Positions 1-8,482 of a stretch of 32,000 nt of DNA are shown in pieces. The DNA is from Mucisphaera calidilacus (GTDB taxonomy: Bacteria > Planctomycetota > Phycisphaerae > Phycisphaerales > Phycisphaeraceae). The notes below the pieces were generated by a model. That model was not told the origin of the DNA, ran no database searches, and saw only the letters and a program-made list of their open reading frames with translations. Every line of letters begins with the position of its first letter. Positions within the stretch are counted from its first letter, which is position 1. The position numbers were made by a program, and so were the translations under genes. The stretch spans positions 2,010,001-2,042,000 of the forward strand of contig NZ_CP036280.1 of the NCBI RefSeq assembly GCF_007748075.1. The letters are read 5' to 3'.

Positions 1-256
1 GCTCCTCGGCCTTGGCCTCCTCGGCAGGAGCCTCCGCCTGCGCCTCGCCCTCAGGCTTGGCTTCCTCAGCGGGCGCTTCCTCGGCCTTCGCCTCCTCGGC
101 CGGAGCTTCCTCCGCCTTGGGCTCCTCAACCTTCGGCGCCGCGGCAGCTGCCGCTTCATCCGCCGCCTTCTGCTCGGCCAGCGAAGCCTGGATACGCTCC
201 GCCGCAACCTTGGCCTTCGCCTCCGCCTGCAACGCGGCCACCTGACCAGCTTCGAG
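1..256 (-). repeat. Low-complexity coding repeat (AEEAKAEEAPAEEAK-like) forming the S5 tail
   Basis: Hand translation of the - strand gives ...QAEAKAKVAAERIQASLAEQKAADEAAAAAAPKVEEPKAEEAPAEEAKAEEAPAEEAKPEGEAQAEAPAEEAKAEE with no stop. The + strand shows reiterated gcctcctcggc-type motifs. Confidence 0.7.
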
Positions 257-766
257 CATCTCGTCCACCGTGCTCTTCTCGATCGTCACGCCACGCATGT
301 CCGCGATCTCGTCACGCAGACGCAGGTCACGCAGGCCCTCGATCACGGCCTTGGTCAGGTTCTTCTTGTTCGTCGAGCCGTAGGCCTTGGTCAGGCAGTC
401 CTGCACGCCGGCCATCTCCAGCACCGCACGCACCGTGCCGCCCGCGATAACGCCCGTGCCCGGCGCCGCCGGGAGCAGACGAACCTTCGACGACAGGAAC
501 CGACCCGTCACCGGGTGCGGCAGCGTGCCGCCCTTGAGGTGCACCTTGAACACGTTCTTGCGGGCATCCTTCTGAGCCTTCTCGATCGCGGCCGGCACGC
601 CGGGCGCCTTGCCGTAACCGATGCCGACCGACCCCTGACGGTCACCCACGACCACCAGCGCCGCAAAACTGAATCGACGGCCACCCTTGACCACCGACGC
701 CGTGCGGAAAATGCCGACCGTCGTCGACTCGAGCGTCTGCCCTGCTTGTTCGATCACTTCAGCCAT
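1..766 (-). CDS. rpsE: 30S ribosomal protein S5, 3' end runs off the window; carries a long Ala/Glu/Lys/Pro-rich C-terminal tail
   Basis: Absent from the ORF track because there is no stop in the window. Hand translation from ATG (766-764): MAEVIEQAGQTLESTTVGIFRTASVVKGGRRFSFAALVVVGDRQGSVGIGYGKAPG...GTVRAVLEMAGVQDCLTKAYGSTN. Follows rplR in canonical spc order. Confidence 0.9.
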   Translation of the reverse strand, partial: MAEVIEQAGQTLESTTVGIFRTASVVKGGRRFSFAALVVVGDRQGSVGIGYGKAPGVPAAIEKAQKDARKNVFKVHLKGGTLPHPVTGRFLSSKVRLLPAAPGTGVIAGGTVRAVLEMAGVQDCLTKAYGSTNKKNLTKAVIEGLRDLRLRDEIADMRGVTIEKSTVDEMLEAGQVAALQAEAKAKVAAERIQASLAEQKAADEAAAAAAPKVEEPKAEEAPAEEAKAEEAPAEEAKPEGEAQAEAPAEEAKAEE

Positions 767-805
767 TGCTGATCATTCCTGCCTGGCCGCTCAGCGGCCT
801 GTGTC

Positions 806-1168
806 TCAGAACTGCAGCCCCGCCTCGCGGGCACTGTCCGCCAGGGCCTTCACACGACCGTGGTACCGGTATCCGTTGCGGTCAAACTGAACCGCGCCAA
901 CACCCGCCGCCTTCGCCTTCTCGGCCAGCGCCTTGCCGACCGCCTCGGCCGCTGCGATGTTGCCGCCGGTCTCGGTCCCCGCCGTCACCGTGCTCGCCGC
1001 CACCAGCGTCTTGCCCGCCAGATCGTCGATCACCTGGGCGTAGATGTGCTTGGCGCTGCGGAACACCGACAGACGCGGGCACTCGGGCGTGCCGATCACA
1101 CGCTTGCGGATCCCCGCCTTCCGGCGGCCGCGACGCTGGGTCTTGTTCTTGAGCTGTCTCGGGTTCAT
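806..1168 (-). CDS. rplR: 50S ribosomal protein L18
   Basis: [24 protein letters not shown]...[18 protein letters not shown]...[19 protein letters not shown]. Start trimmed to ATG 1168, preceded by AGGAG. Operon order fits. Confidence 0.95.
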   Translation of the reverse strand: MNPRQLKNKTQRRGRRKAGIRKRVIGTPECPRLSVFRSAKHIYAQVIDDLAGKTLVAASTVTAGTETGGNIAAAEAVGKALAEKAKAAGVGAVQFDRNGYRYHGRVKALADSAREAGLQF

Positions 1169-1218
1169 CACTGCACTCCTGCCGGCTCCCGCCGACATCA
1201 ACGTTGCGTCTGTTCTGT

Positions 1219-1761
1219 TTAGTTACCGAAGGCCTTGCCCGCCTTGCGGATGATCTGCTCGCCCGCGTAACGAACACCCTTGCCGTTGTAAGGCTCGGGC
1301 TTGCGGTGCTGGCGGATCGCCGCCGCCGTCTGCCCCACCAGCATCTTGTCCGGCCCGGTCACGCTCAGCTTCTGACCGTCGACCGCCACCTCGACGCCGT
1401 CGGGAATCTTCACCACACGCGTGTCCGCGTAACCGAGCTTCAGGTTCACCTGCCGGCCCTGGACCTTGGCGTTCCAGCCCACGCCCACAATCTCGAGGTC
1501 ACGCTTGTAACCCTTGGTCACGCCCTCGATCATGTTCGCGATCAACGCCCGCGTCAGGCCGTGCATCGACTTCGCCGTCCGGCTGTCGTCCGCACGCTCA
1601 ACCACCACCTGCTTGTTCTCGTCGTCCACGCTCACCGACACCTCGGGCCGGTGCTCGTACGACAGACGCTTGCCGCCGGCCTCGACAACGATCTCGCGAC
1701 CGCTGACCGTGACCTTCGCACCACCCTCGATGGGAACCGGCTTCTTACCTATACGTGACAT
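1219..1761 (-). CDS. rplF: 50S ribosomal protein L6
   Basis: [27 protein letters not shown]... ATG preceded by GGAGAG. Operon order fits. Confidence 0.95.
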   Translation of the reverse strand: MSRIGKKPVPIEGGAKVTVSGREIVVEAGGKRLSYEHRPEVSVSVDDENKQVVVERADDSRTAKSMHGLTRALIANMIEGVTKGYKRDLEIVGVGWNAKVQGRQVNLKLGYADTRVVKIPDGVEVAVDGQKLSVTGPDKMLVGQTAAAIRQHRKPEPYNGKGVRYAGEQIIRKAGKAFGN

Positions 1762-1785
1762 CGTGGTCTCTCCGCGTCTTGCGTC

Positions 1786-2184
1786 TTACTCAACCGTGCA
1801 CAGCAGCTCGCCGCCCACGTTCTCCGTGCGAGCCTCGCGGTCCGACAGCACGCCACGAGGCGTCGTCAGGATCGCAATACCCAGACCGGCCAGCGGCCGG
1901 GGAAGCTCGTTGACCTTCCGGTACACCCGGCAGCCCGGCTTGCTCTCACGCTTGAGCAGGTGAATCAGCTGCTCGCCACGCGTGCCGTACTTCAGCTCGA
2001 TCCGGAGGATGCCCTGGCGGCCATCCTCGATCACGTCGAAACGGGTGATGTAACCCTCGTCACGAAGCACCCGGGCGATGCCGCGACAGACGTTGCTGTT
2101 GCGGCAGTCCACCGTCTGGTGGCGCGATCGGGCTGCGTTGCGCACGCGGGTCAGCATGTCAGCGATCGGGTCGCTCAAAGCCAT
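1786..2184 (-). CDS. rpsH: 30S ribosomal protein S8
   Basis: MALSDPIADMLTRVRNAARSRHQTV...GIAILTTPRGVLSDREAR. The first 52 codons of track ORF 1786..2340 are rejected as a spurious extension. Confidence 0.95.
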   Translation of the reverse strand: MALSDPIADMLTRVRNAARSRHQTVDCRNSNVCRGIARVLRDEGYITRFDVIEDGRQGILRIELKYGTRGEQLIHLLKRESKPGCRVYRKVNELPRPLAGLGIAILTTPRGVLSDREARTENVGGELLCTVE

Positions 2185-2245
2185 CTGCGGTCTCCAGGGC
2201 CCCACACCCTCTGCCGGGCGGGCCGTCTTAATCGTCGTCCTTCGT

Positions 2246-2515
2246 TTACCAGGATGCCTTACGCATCCCGGGGATCTTGCCCTGCAACGCCAGCTCCCGG
2301 AGCATGATCCGGGAGATCTTGAACTTGCGGTACACCGCACGGCTACGGCCCGTCAGGGCGCACAGGTTGCGGTGACGCGTCGCACTCGATTTACGCGGCA
2401 GCTTCTGAAGCGACGCGTAGTCGCCCTCCGCCTTGAGCTGCTTGCGCCGCTCCGCGTACTTGGCGACCAACGCCGCCACCTGCTTGTTCCGTTCAACCGT
2501 CGATTTCGACGCCAT
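2246..2515 (-). CDS. rpsN: 30S ribosomal protein S14 (long, non-zinc form, 89 aa)
   Basis: [28 protein letters not shown]...[44 protein letters not shown] start. Confidence 0.93.
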   Translation of the reverse strand: MASKSTVERNKQVAALVAKYAERRKQLKAEGDYASLQKLPRKSSATRHRNLCALTGRSRAVYRKFKISRIMLRELALQGKIPGMRKASW

Positions 2516-2549
2516 GCTTCATTGCCTTTCGTGGGGCTCGCGACCCCGC

Positions 2550-3188
2550 TTAGTCCTGCTTCGCCGGCTTCGTGAACGGCCAGCCCAACGACTCCATCAC
2601 AAACTTCGACTTCGCGTCATCGCTCTGCTCAAACACCAGCGTGATGTGCATGCCGTGCGTGAACTGCGCGTTCGCCATGTCGATCTCGGGAAAAATGCCC
2701 TGCTCGTTGATGCCGAACGAGTAGTTCCCGCGGCCATCAAAGCTCTTGGGGTTCAGCCCGCGGAAGTCCTTGATCCGGGGGATCGCCAGCGTCACCAGGC
2801 GGTCCAGGAACTCCCACATCCGGTCGCCACGCATCGTCACCATCGCGCCGACCTCGTAACCGGCACGCAGCTTGAAGTTCGAGACCGACTTCTTCGCCTT
2901 ACGCATCACCGGCTTCTGGCCCGCGATCACCGTCAGGTCCTTGAGCACCTGCTCCTTGGCCTTCGGGTTCACCTTCGTGCCCTCGAGCTGCTTGCCCACG
3001 CCCACGTTCAGGACGATCTTCTGCAGCTTGGGCGTCGCCATCACGTTCGTGATGCCGAACTTCTCACGCACCGCCGCCGCGATCTCGTCGCTGTACTGAG
3101 CCTTGAGACGAGGCACCAGGCCCTCGGGGGCCGACGCCTTCATCAGCGAAGGATCAACACTCTGCTTCTTGTCTTTGTTCTTGGCCAT
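2550..3188 (-). CDS. rplE: 50S ribosomal protein L5
   Basis: MAKNKDKKQ...PRLKAQYSDEIAAAVREKFGITNVMATPKLQKIVLNVGVG...FRGLNPKSFDGRGNYSFGI. ATG at 3188; the track start at 3191 is GTG. Confidence 0.95.
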   Translation of the reverse strand: MAKNKDKKQSVDPSLMKASAPEGLVPRLKAQYSDEIAAAVREKFGITNVMATPKLQKIVLNVGVGKQLEGTKVNPKAKEQVLKDLTVIAGQKPVMRKAKKSVSNFKLRAGYEVGAMVTMRGDRMWEFLDRLVTLAIPRIKDFRGLNPKSFDGRGNYSFGINEQGIFPEIDMANAQFTHGMHITLVFEQSDDAKSKFVMESLGWPFTKPAKQD

Positions 3189-3224
3189 CACGCCGGTCCT
3201 TGTTCGTTAGCCGATCGCTAACCC

Positions 3225-3611
3225 TTATTTCCGTGCCTTCCGAAGCTCCGCGCCCAGCTGCTCGCCCGTCCGCGCCGCCACCCGGATCTTGCTGCCGTCC
3301 TCACGCGACTCGAAACGCACCCGCGTCGGCTTGCCGTCGGCAACCGGCGAGACGTTCGAGATGTGGATCGGCATCTCCTTGCTGATCACCCCGCCACGCG
3401 GGTTCGCCTGCGTCGGCTTCAGGTGCTTCTTGCGGACGTTCACGCCCTCGACCAGAACCTGGTCGCTCTCGGGAAACACCTGCAACACCTTCTTCGGACG
3501 CAGGTCACGCTGCTTGCTCACGACCGCTCCGCTCGCGTCGCGGTTGCGGATCCACGATCCGTTGCCCGCCGTCACGATCACCATGTCTCCTGAGCGAATG
3601 TGCCTGGCCAT
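3225..3611 (-). CDS. rplX: 50S ribosomal protein L24 (with an expanded KOW region)
   Basis: MARHIRSGDMVIVTAG...VLVEGVNVRKKHLKPTQANPRGGVISKEMPIHISNV. Start trimmed to ATG 3611. Confidence 0.9.
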   Translation of the reverse strand: MARHIRSGDMVIVTAGNGSWIRNRDASGAVVSKQRDLRPKKVLQVFPESDQVLVEGVNVRKKHLKPTQANPRGGVISKEMPIHISNVSPVADGKPTRVRFESREDGSKIRVAARTGEQLGAELRKARK

Positions 3612-3676
3612 GGTCTGGGTTCCTTCAATCAACCGGCGATGTCGCCGGACAGGGGTCAAAAAGTTCCGTCACCGAC

Positions 3677-4063
3677 TCACAAGACCTCGGAGGCCAGCGA
3701 GACGATCTTCATGTAGTTCTTCTCACGCAGCTCACGCGCCACCGCGCCGAAAATACGCGTCCCGCGAGGCTCGCCCTCGTCCGTGATCAGCACGATCGCG
3801 TTCTTGTCGAAACGGATGTAGCTGCCGTCCGGACGACGCACCGGGTACTTCGTGCGGACCACGACGCCCTTCACGATCGTCCCGTCCTTCATGTCGCTGC
3901 CCGGCAGGCTCTTCTTCACCGAGCAGACCACCTTGTCGCCCAGCGACGCCGTCTTCAGCGTCTTGCGGCCACGCGCCGTCGAACCGCCCAGCACGCGGAT
4001 CACGTAAGCGATCTTCGCGCCGGAGTTGTCGGCCACATCGACTCGGGATTCGGCCTGGATCAT
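3677..4063 (-). CDS. rplN: 50S ribosomal protein L14
   Basis: [27 protein letters not shown]...[11 protein letters not shown]...[16 protein letters not shown] 4063. Confidence 0.95.
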   Translation of the reverse strand: MIQAESRVDVADNSGAKIAYVIRVLGGSTARGRKTLKTASLGDKVVCSVKKSLPGSDMKDGTIVKGVVVRTKYPVRRPDGSYIRFDKNAIVLITDEGEPRGTRIFGAVARELREKNYMKIVSLASEVL

Positions 4064-4118
4064 CGTCGGGTCTCCATCAAGCCCGCCGCAGCGGGACAAT
4101 CACTCATCATCTCGGGCT

Positions 4119-4400
4119 TCACTCTGCGTCCGGCGCCGACTGGAGCACACGCAGCAGACGCCAGCTCTTGGTCTTGCTGTACGGGCGGCAGGGGGCGATC
4201 TCCACGCGATCACCCGTCTTCGAGCTGTTCTGCTCGTCATGAATGTGGTAACGGAGCTGGCGGGCGATGTACTTGCCATACTTCGGGTGACGGAACTGAT
4301 AATCCACCTCGACCGTGCGGGTCTTGTCCCGCTTGTCGCTCGTCACCACGCCAACCTTCGTTCCGGTCAGCTCACGCTTGGTCGTTGCAGTCGTGTTCAT
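4119..4400 (-). CDS. rpsQ: 30S ribosomal protein S17
   Basis: ...GVVTSDKRDKTRTVEVDYQFRHPKYGKYIARQLRYHIHDEQNSSKTGDRVEIAPCRPYSKTKSWRLL. ATG start. Confidence 0.93.
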   Translation of the reverse strand: MNTTATTKRELTGTKVGVVTSDKRDKTRTVEVDYQFRHPKYGKYIARQLRYHIHDEQNSSKTGDRVEIAPCRPYSKTKSWRLLRVLQSAPDAE

Positions 4401-4414
4401 CTAGACGACAGTCC

Positions 4415-4636
4415 TTATTCAGCAGCGCCGGCCGTCTTGGCCTGGTTGCGGCGGGCAGTCTGTTCGGTCAGCAGACGGGCGATGTCCTTGCGGATCACAC
4501 CGAACTGCCGGGGGTTCTCAAGCTTCTCGGTCACCGCCTGGCTGCGGAGCGTGTACAGCTCACGACGCAGGCGACGAACCTCGTGCACAATCTCTTCGTC
4601 TTTCAGCTCGCGGATCTCGCTGGCTTTCATGCTCAT
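4415..4636 (-). CDS. rpmC: 50S ribosomal protein L29
   Basis: MSMKASEIRELKDEEIVHEVRRLRRELYTLRSQAVTEKLENPRQFGVIRKDIARLLT. Operon position fits. Confidence 0.9.
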   Translation of the reverse strand: MSMKASEIRELKDEEIVHEVRRLRRELYTLRSQAVTEKLENPRQFGVIRKDIARLLTEQTARRNQAKTAGAAE

Positions 4637-4648
4637 GCGTCCTCTCGA

Positions 4649-5068
4649 TCAGACCGCCGGGCGGCGCTCCACAAAACGGCAACGGAACGGCATCTTGTGC
4701 GCCACACGCGTGAACGCCGAACGTGCCAGGTCCTTGGGAACACCACTCAGCTCGTACAGGATCGTCCCGGGCTTCACGCACGCCGCCCAGTACTCCGGCT
4801 CCGCCTTGCCCTTGCCCATACGTGTTTCCAGAGGCTTCTTGCTGATCGGCTTGTCCGGGAACACCCGGACGAACAGCTTGCCCTCACGGCTCACGTACTG
4901 ACGAGCCGCGATACGACCCGCCTCGATCTGGCGCGCCGTCAGCCAGCCACCCTCCGTCACCTGGAGACCGAAGTCACCAAACGACACATGGTTGCCGCGG
5001 CTGGCAACGCCTCGCAGCTTGCCACGCTGCTGCTTGCGGAATTTCACGCGTTTGGGCATCAAAGGCAT
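4649..5068 (-). CDS. rplP: 50S ribosomal protein L16
   Basis: MPLMPKRVKFRKQQRGKLRGVASRGNHVSFGDFGLQ...ARQIEAGRIAARQY. Confidence 0.95.
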   Translation of the reverse strand: MPLMPKRVKFRKQQRGKLRGVASRGNHVSFGDFGLQVTEGGWLTARQIEAGRIAARQYVSREGKLFVRVFPDKPISKKPLETRMGKGKAEPEYWAACVKPGTILYELSGVPKDLARSAFTRVAHKMPFRCRFVERRPAV

Positions 5069-5111
5069 GTTCGAACCCTTTGCTTCCTAATAAACCGAGA
5101 CAACCTCGTAA

Positions 5112-5816
5112 TCAGTGACGGCCACGGGCTCGCGGGCGTGCACCCGCCGCCTTCGACTCGACCTGGTCCTCGGACACCTCGCTGTACTGTCCGTTGTAAA
5201 TCCACACCTTCACGCCGAGGATGCCGTACGTCGTTTTGCTCTCGCAGAACCCGTAATCAATGTGCGACTGCAGCGTCGACAGGGGGATCGCACCCAGACG
5301 AATCTCCTCGGCACGACTCATCTCGTGACCGCCCAGGCGGCCCGCCAGACGAATCTTCACACCCTTGGCACCGGCGCCCATCGCCGCCTCGGCCTTCATC
5401 TTCATCACACGACGGAAACCGGCACGCTTGGCCAGCTGCTCCGCGATGCTCATTGCCACCAGCTGCGCGTTCTTGTCCGGGTTGTTCACCTCGATGCAGT
5501 TGATCGAGACGTTACGACCCGTCAACGCCTGCAGCTCATTGGTCAGCCGCTCGATCTCCGCACCCTTCGGGCCGATCACCAGACCCGGACGAGCCGTCCG
5601 CACGATGATCTTGAGCTCCTCACGCGTACGCTCGATGTGAATATCACTCACCGCAGCAAAGGGCGGGGTCTGGTTCAGCGCCTTGTCGCAGAACTTGCGG
5701 ATCTTCTCGTCCTCGACCAGCAACTCGCCGTACAACGCCTTGGGGGCGTACCAGCGGCTGCGGTGCGGCTCGGTGATCCCGACGCGAAACCCGAATGGAT
5801 GAACCTTCTGTCCCAT
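5112..5816 (-). CDS. rpsC: 30S ribosomal protein S3
   Basis: MGQKVHPFGFRVGITEPHRSRWYA...IERTREELKIIVRTARPGLVIGPKGAEIERL...GRLGGHEMSRAE. Confidence 0.95.
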   Translation of the reverse strand: MGQKVHPFGFRVGITEPHRSRWYAPKALYGELLVEDEKIRKFCDKALNQTPPFAAVSDIHIERTREELKIIVRTARPGLVIGPKGAEIERLTNELQALTGRNVSINCIEVNNPDKNAQLVAMSIAEQLAKRAGFRRVMKMKAEAAMGAGAKGVKIRLAGRLGGHEMSRAEEIRLGAIPLSTLQSHIDYGFCESKTTYGILGVKVWIYNGQYSEVSEDQVESKAAGARPRARGRH

Positions 5817-5845
5817 GGTCTGCTCTCTGAGCTTTCGCTCGCTCC

Positions 5846-6184
5846 TTAGGCCTCGCTGCTCTCGTCAACAGTCACCGTGATGTGGCTCGTACGCTTCATG
5901 ATCGGGTGCGCCCGGCCACGGTCCTTCGGCTGGAAACGCTTGATCGTCGGGCCGCCGTCGACCTTCGCCACCTTCACCATCAGGCGACGGACGTCCGCCT
6001 CCGCCTTGTCCGCGTTCGCGATCGCCGCGTTCAACGCGTTCTTCACCATCACCGCCCCACGCTTGGTCGACATCGACAGGATCGTCAACGCCTCGTCCAC
6101 GTGCCGGCCACGGATCAGGTCCGTCACCAGCTTCGCCTTCTTCGGGCTGATCCGGGCGCCGCGATGGATGTTCGTATATGGCAT
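5846..6184 (-). CDS. rplV: 50S ribosomal protein L22
   Basis: MPYTNIHRGARISPKKAKLVTDLIRGRHVDEALTIL...RGRAHPIMKRTSHITV. ATG 6184; an in-frame GTG at 6196 is an alternative start. Confidence 0.92.
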   Translation of the reverse strand: MPYTNIHRGARISPKKAKLVTDLIRGRHVDEALTILSMSTKRGAVMVKNALNAAIANADKAEADVRRLMVKVAKVDGGPTIKRFQPKDRGRAHPIMKRTSHITVTVDESSEA

Positions 6185-6204
6185 CGTTTCGCTCACTCTC
6201 TCGA

Positions 6205-6495
6205 TCAGACGCGGCCCGCAGCACGCTGGGCCTTCGTGCCCATCGTGTGCGTCTTGAACGTACGCGTCAGGCTGAACTCTCCGAGCTTGTGACCCACCAT
6301 GTCCTCGGTCACAAACACCGCGTTAAACACCTTGCCGTTGTGCACCATGAAGGTGTGACCAACGAACTCAGGCACAATCGTGCACGCACGAGCCCACGTC
6401 TTGATGGGCTCGTTCCTGCCCTGCTGGTTCTGCTGCTCAACCTTGCGGTAGAGCTTGAAGTCAACGTGCGGGCCTTTTTTCAGCGAACGTGGCAT
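6205..6495 (-). CDS. rpsS: 30S ribosomal protein S19
   Basis: [19 protein letters not shown]...[50 protein letters not shown]. Confidence 0.95.
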   Translation of the reverse strand: MPRSLKKGPHVDFKLYRKVEQQNQQGRNEPIKTWARACTIVPEFVGHTFMVHNGKVFNAVFVTEDMVGHKLGEFSLTRTFKTHTMGTKAQRAAGRV

Positions 6496-6514
6496 GGATC
6501 AGTCGCTCCTGGGA

Positions 6515-7375
6515 TCACTTGAGCTTCAACTGGCCGTAACGCTTCGACACGCGACGACGCAGGATCCGCTTGTTCGAGTTCTTGCCGTGCTTACGCGTCC
6601 GGCCACCCTTGGCCAGAACGCCCGTCTTCGACGCCGGAGGACGGTTGCCCTTCGACTTGCCGTCACCGCCGCCCATCGGGTGGTCATGGTGGTTGCGGGC
6701 CACACCACGCGTCTTGGGACGCTTGCCCAGATGACGTGCCCGGCCGGCCTTGCCCAGCACCACACGGTTGTGATCGGTGTTGCCCACCTGCCCGATCGTC
6801 GCCCGGGCCTCGACCGGAACCTGACGGATCTCGCCCGAGGGAAGAACCAGCGTCGCCCACCGACCCTCGCGGTTCGAGAGCCGTGCGTACGAGCCCGCCG
6901 AACGGCAGATCTGGGCACCCTTGCCCCGAACCAGCTCGACGCTGTGGATCAGCAGACCCGTCGGGATCTTGCTGATCGGCATGCTGTTCCCGACCTTCGG
7001 CTCCGCGCCCTCTTCCGACGCGACCAGCCTGTCGCCATCCTTCAACCCGATCGGGGCCAGGATGTAACGCTTCTCGCCGTCCGCGTACTCCAGTAGCGCG
7101 ATGTTCGACGAGCGGTTCGGGTCGTACTCGATCCCGATCACCGTCGCCTCGATGCCGTCCTTGTCACGGCGACGGAAGTCGATCTTGCGGTAACGCTTCT
7201 TCGCGCCCCCGCCACGACACTGCGTCGTGATCTTGCCGTGATGATTGCGACCGCCCTTCTTGGGCTTCGCTACCAGCAGGCTCTTCTCCGGCGACTTCTT
7301 CGTCACCTCGGAGTAGAGGTTCACCGAAGCATTACGCCGGCCGGCTGTCGTTCGCTTGTAAATACGAATGGCCAT
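6515..7375 (-). CDS. rplB: 50S ribosomal protein L2
   Basis: MAIRIYKRTTAGRRNASV...IGIEYDPNRSSNIALLEYADGEKRYILAP...ARNHHDHPMGGGDGKSKGNRPPASKTG. Confidence 0.96.
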   Translation of the reverse strand: MAIRIYKRTTAGRRNASVNLYSEVTKKSPEKSLLVAKPKKGGRNHHGKITTQCRGGGAKKRYRKIDFRRRDKDGIEATVIGIEYDPNRSSNIALLEYADGEKRYILAPIGLKDGDRLVASEEGAEPKVGNSMPISKIPTGLLIHSVELVRGKGAQICRSAGSYARLSNREGRWATLVLPSGEIRQVPVEARATIGQVGNTDHNRVVLGKAGRARHLGKRPKTRGVARNHHDHPMGGGDGKSKGNRPPASKTGVLAKGGRTRKHGKNSNKRILRRRVSKRYGQLKLK

Positions 7376-7414
7376 GATCGTTCCTCAGCTGGTCGCCCGA
7401 TCGCCCAAAGGCAA

Positions 7415-7696
7415 TCAGAACAACTCGATACGCTGCCCTTCTTCAAGCTGCACCGTCGCACGCTTCCAGTCCGGACGCTTGGCATACCCGTAACGCGTCC
7501 GGCGGACCTCGCCCTTGCGGAGCTGCGTCGCAACCCGGACAACCTTCACGTCATACAGCTCCTCGATCGCCGCCTTGATCTCGGGCTTACGCGCCTCACG
7601 CGCCACCTCGAAGCTGTAACGATTACGCTCACTGCTCTCCCAGTTCGCCTTCTCCGTCACGATCGGCCGCTTCACGATGTGAATCGCATCACGCAT
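7415..7696 (-). CDS. rplW: 50S ribosomal protein L23
   Basis: MRDAIHIVKRPIVTEKANWESSERNRYSFEVAREARKPEIKAAIEELYDVKVVRV. ATG 7696 overlaps the rplD stop by 8 nt (ATGCGTGA). Confidence 0.9.
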   Translation of the reverse strand: MRDAIHIVKRPIVTEKANWESSERNRYSFEVAREARKPEIKAAIEELYDVKVVRVATQLRKGEVRRTRYGYAKRPDWKRATVQLEEGQRIELF

Positions 7697-8354
7697 CGGT
7701 CGTACCCTCCGACTTCTGGCCCGCAACCTGTGCCTTGACACGCTCGAGGTAACCCTCGAAAGCAGCCTTCTCGACAACCAGGTAGCGGTGGGTCAGCAGA
7801 TCAAAAACATTCAGACGATCGACGTGCGTCAGGCTCACCCGATCAAGGTTCCGGGCCGAACGAGCCGCAGGACCCTGCGTCGTCCCGACCGCCACCAGGC
7901 AGGAGTTGTCGATCGCCAGCGACTTGAGCATCCCGGCGAACGCCTTGGTGCTCGGCTTCTCAAAATCAATCTTGTCCACCAGCCGGATCTCGCCATCCAC
8001 GGCCTTCGCCAGGATCGCGTTGCGGTTCGCCAGACGACGCATCTTCACCGGCATGTCCTGACGCCAGCTCCGGGGCTGCTTCGCCTTCGCGTGGCCACCA
8101 CCACGCAGGATGTTCGCACGGATCGAGCCACGCCGTGCGTTGCCCGTACCCTTCTGCTTGTACATCTTGCGGGTCGAGCCCTCGACCTCGCTTCGGGTCT
8201 TGGTCTTCGACGTCCCCAGACGCTTGTTCGCATGCGTCCGAACGTAGGCCTGCTTGAGCAGCACCGGCCGGACCTCACCACCGAGAAGAGCCTCGTCGAC
8301 CTCTAGGGTGCCGAGCGACTCGCCGGTCTGGGAATGAACTGGAAGTTCGATCAT
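7689..8354 (-). CDS. rplD: 50S ribosomal protein L4
   Basis: MIELPVHSQTGESLGTLEVDEALLG...KQKGTGNARRGSIRANILRGGGHA. ATG preceded by GAGG. Confidence 0.93.
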   Translation of the reverse strand: MIELPVHSQTGESLGTLEVDEALLGGEVRPVLLKQAYVRTHANKRLGTSKTKTRSEVEGSTRKMYKQKGTGNARRGSIRANILRGGGHAKAKQPRSWRQDMPVKMRRLANRNAILAKAVDGEIRLVDKIDFEKPSTKAFAGMLKSLAIDNSCLVAVGTTQGPAARSARNLDRVSLTHVDRLNVFDLLTHRYLVVEKAAFEGYLERVKAQVAGQKSEGTTDA

Positions 8355-8370
8355 GGCATCAACCTCATAC

Positions 8371-8425
8371 GCCCGTCACTCGGACGGGCCTGCTCCAGAA
8401 GGAATCTCACCTCGACTCAGGTGAG
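8371..8425 (-). promoter_or_regulatory. Two perfect 7-bp hairpins in the 128-nt rplC-rplD spacer
   Basis: GCCCGTC(8371-8377)/GACGGGC(8383-8389) with a 5-nt loop. CTCACCT(8406-8412)/AGGTGAG(8419-8425) with a 6-nt loop. No U-tract follows either on the - strand, and the rplD SD lies just downstream. Confidence 0.4.
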
Positions 8426-8482
8426 CATCCCGACACGGCACGATCACTCGGCATGTCGCCAAGACGTAGTATCCCGCTGGAC

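Noticed and set aside
12-245. + strand ORF MASSAGASACASPSG... and other + strand ORFs across 387-1253.
   Set aside because: They are antisense to rpsE and rplR. The Ala/Ser-rich translation is the reverse complement of the S5 Ala/Glu/Lys tail.
1786-2340. N-terminal extensions of track ORFs for S8, L24 (to 3659), L14 (to 4099), L23 (to 7777), L3 (to 9298), L18 (to 1201), the receiver protein (to 13259), the LMW phosphatase (to 23677), the GT (to 26221) and the membrane protein (to 24939).
   Set aside because: The extensions are Arg/Cys/Ser-rich, overlap upstream genes or spacers, and precede an internal ATG with a good SD that matches canonical protein N-termini. Several track starts are GTG or TTG codons chosen only because they give the longest ORF.
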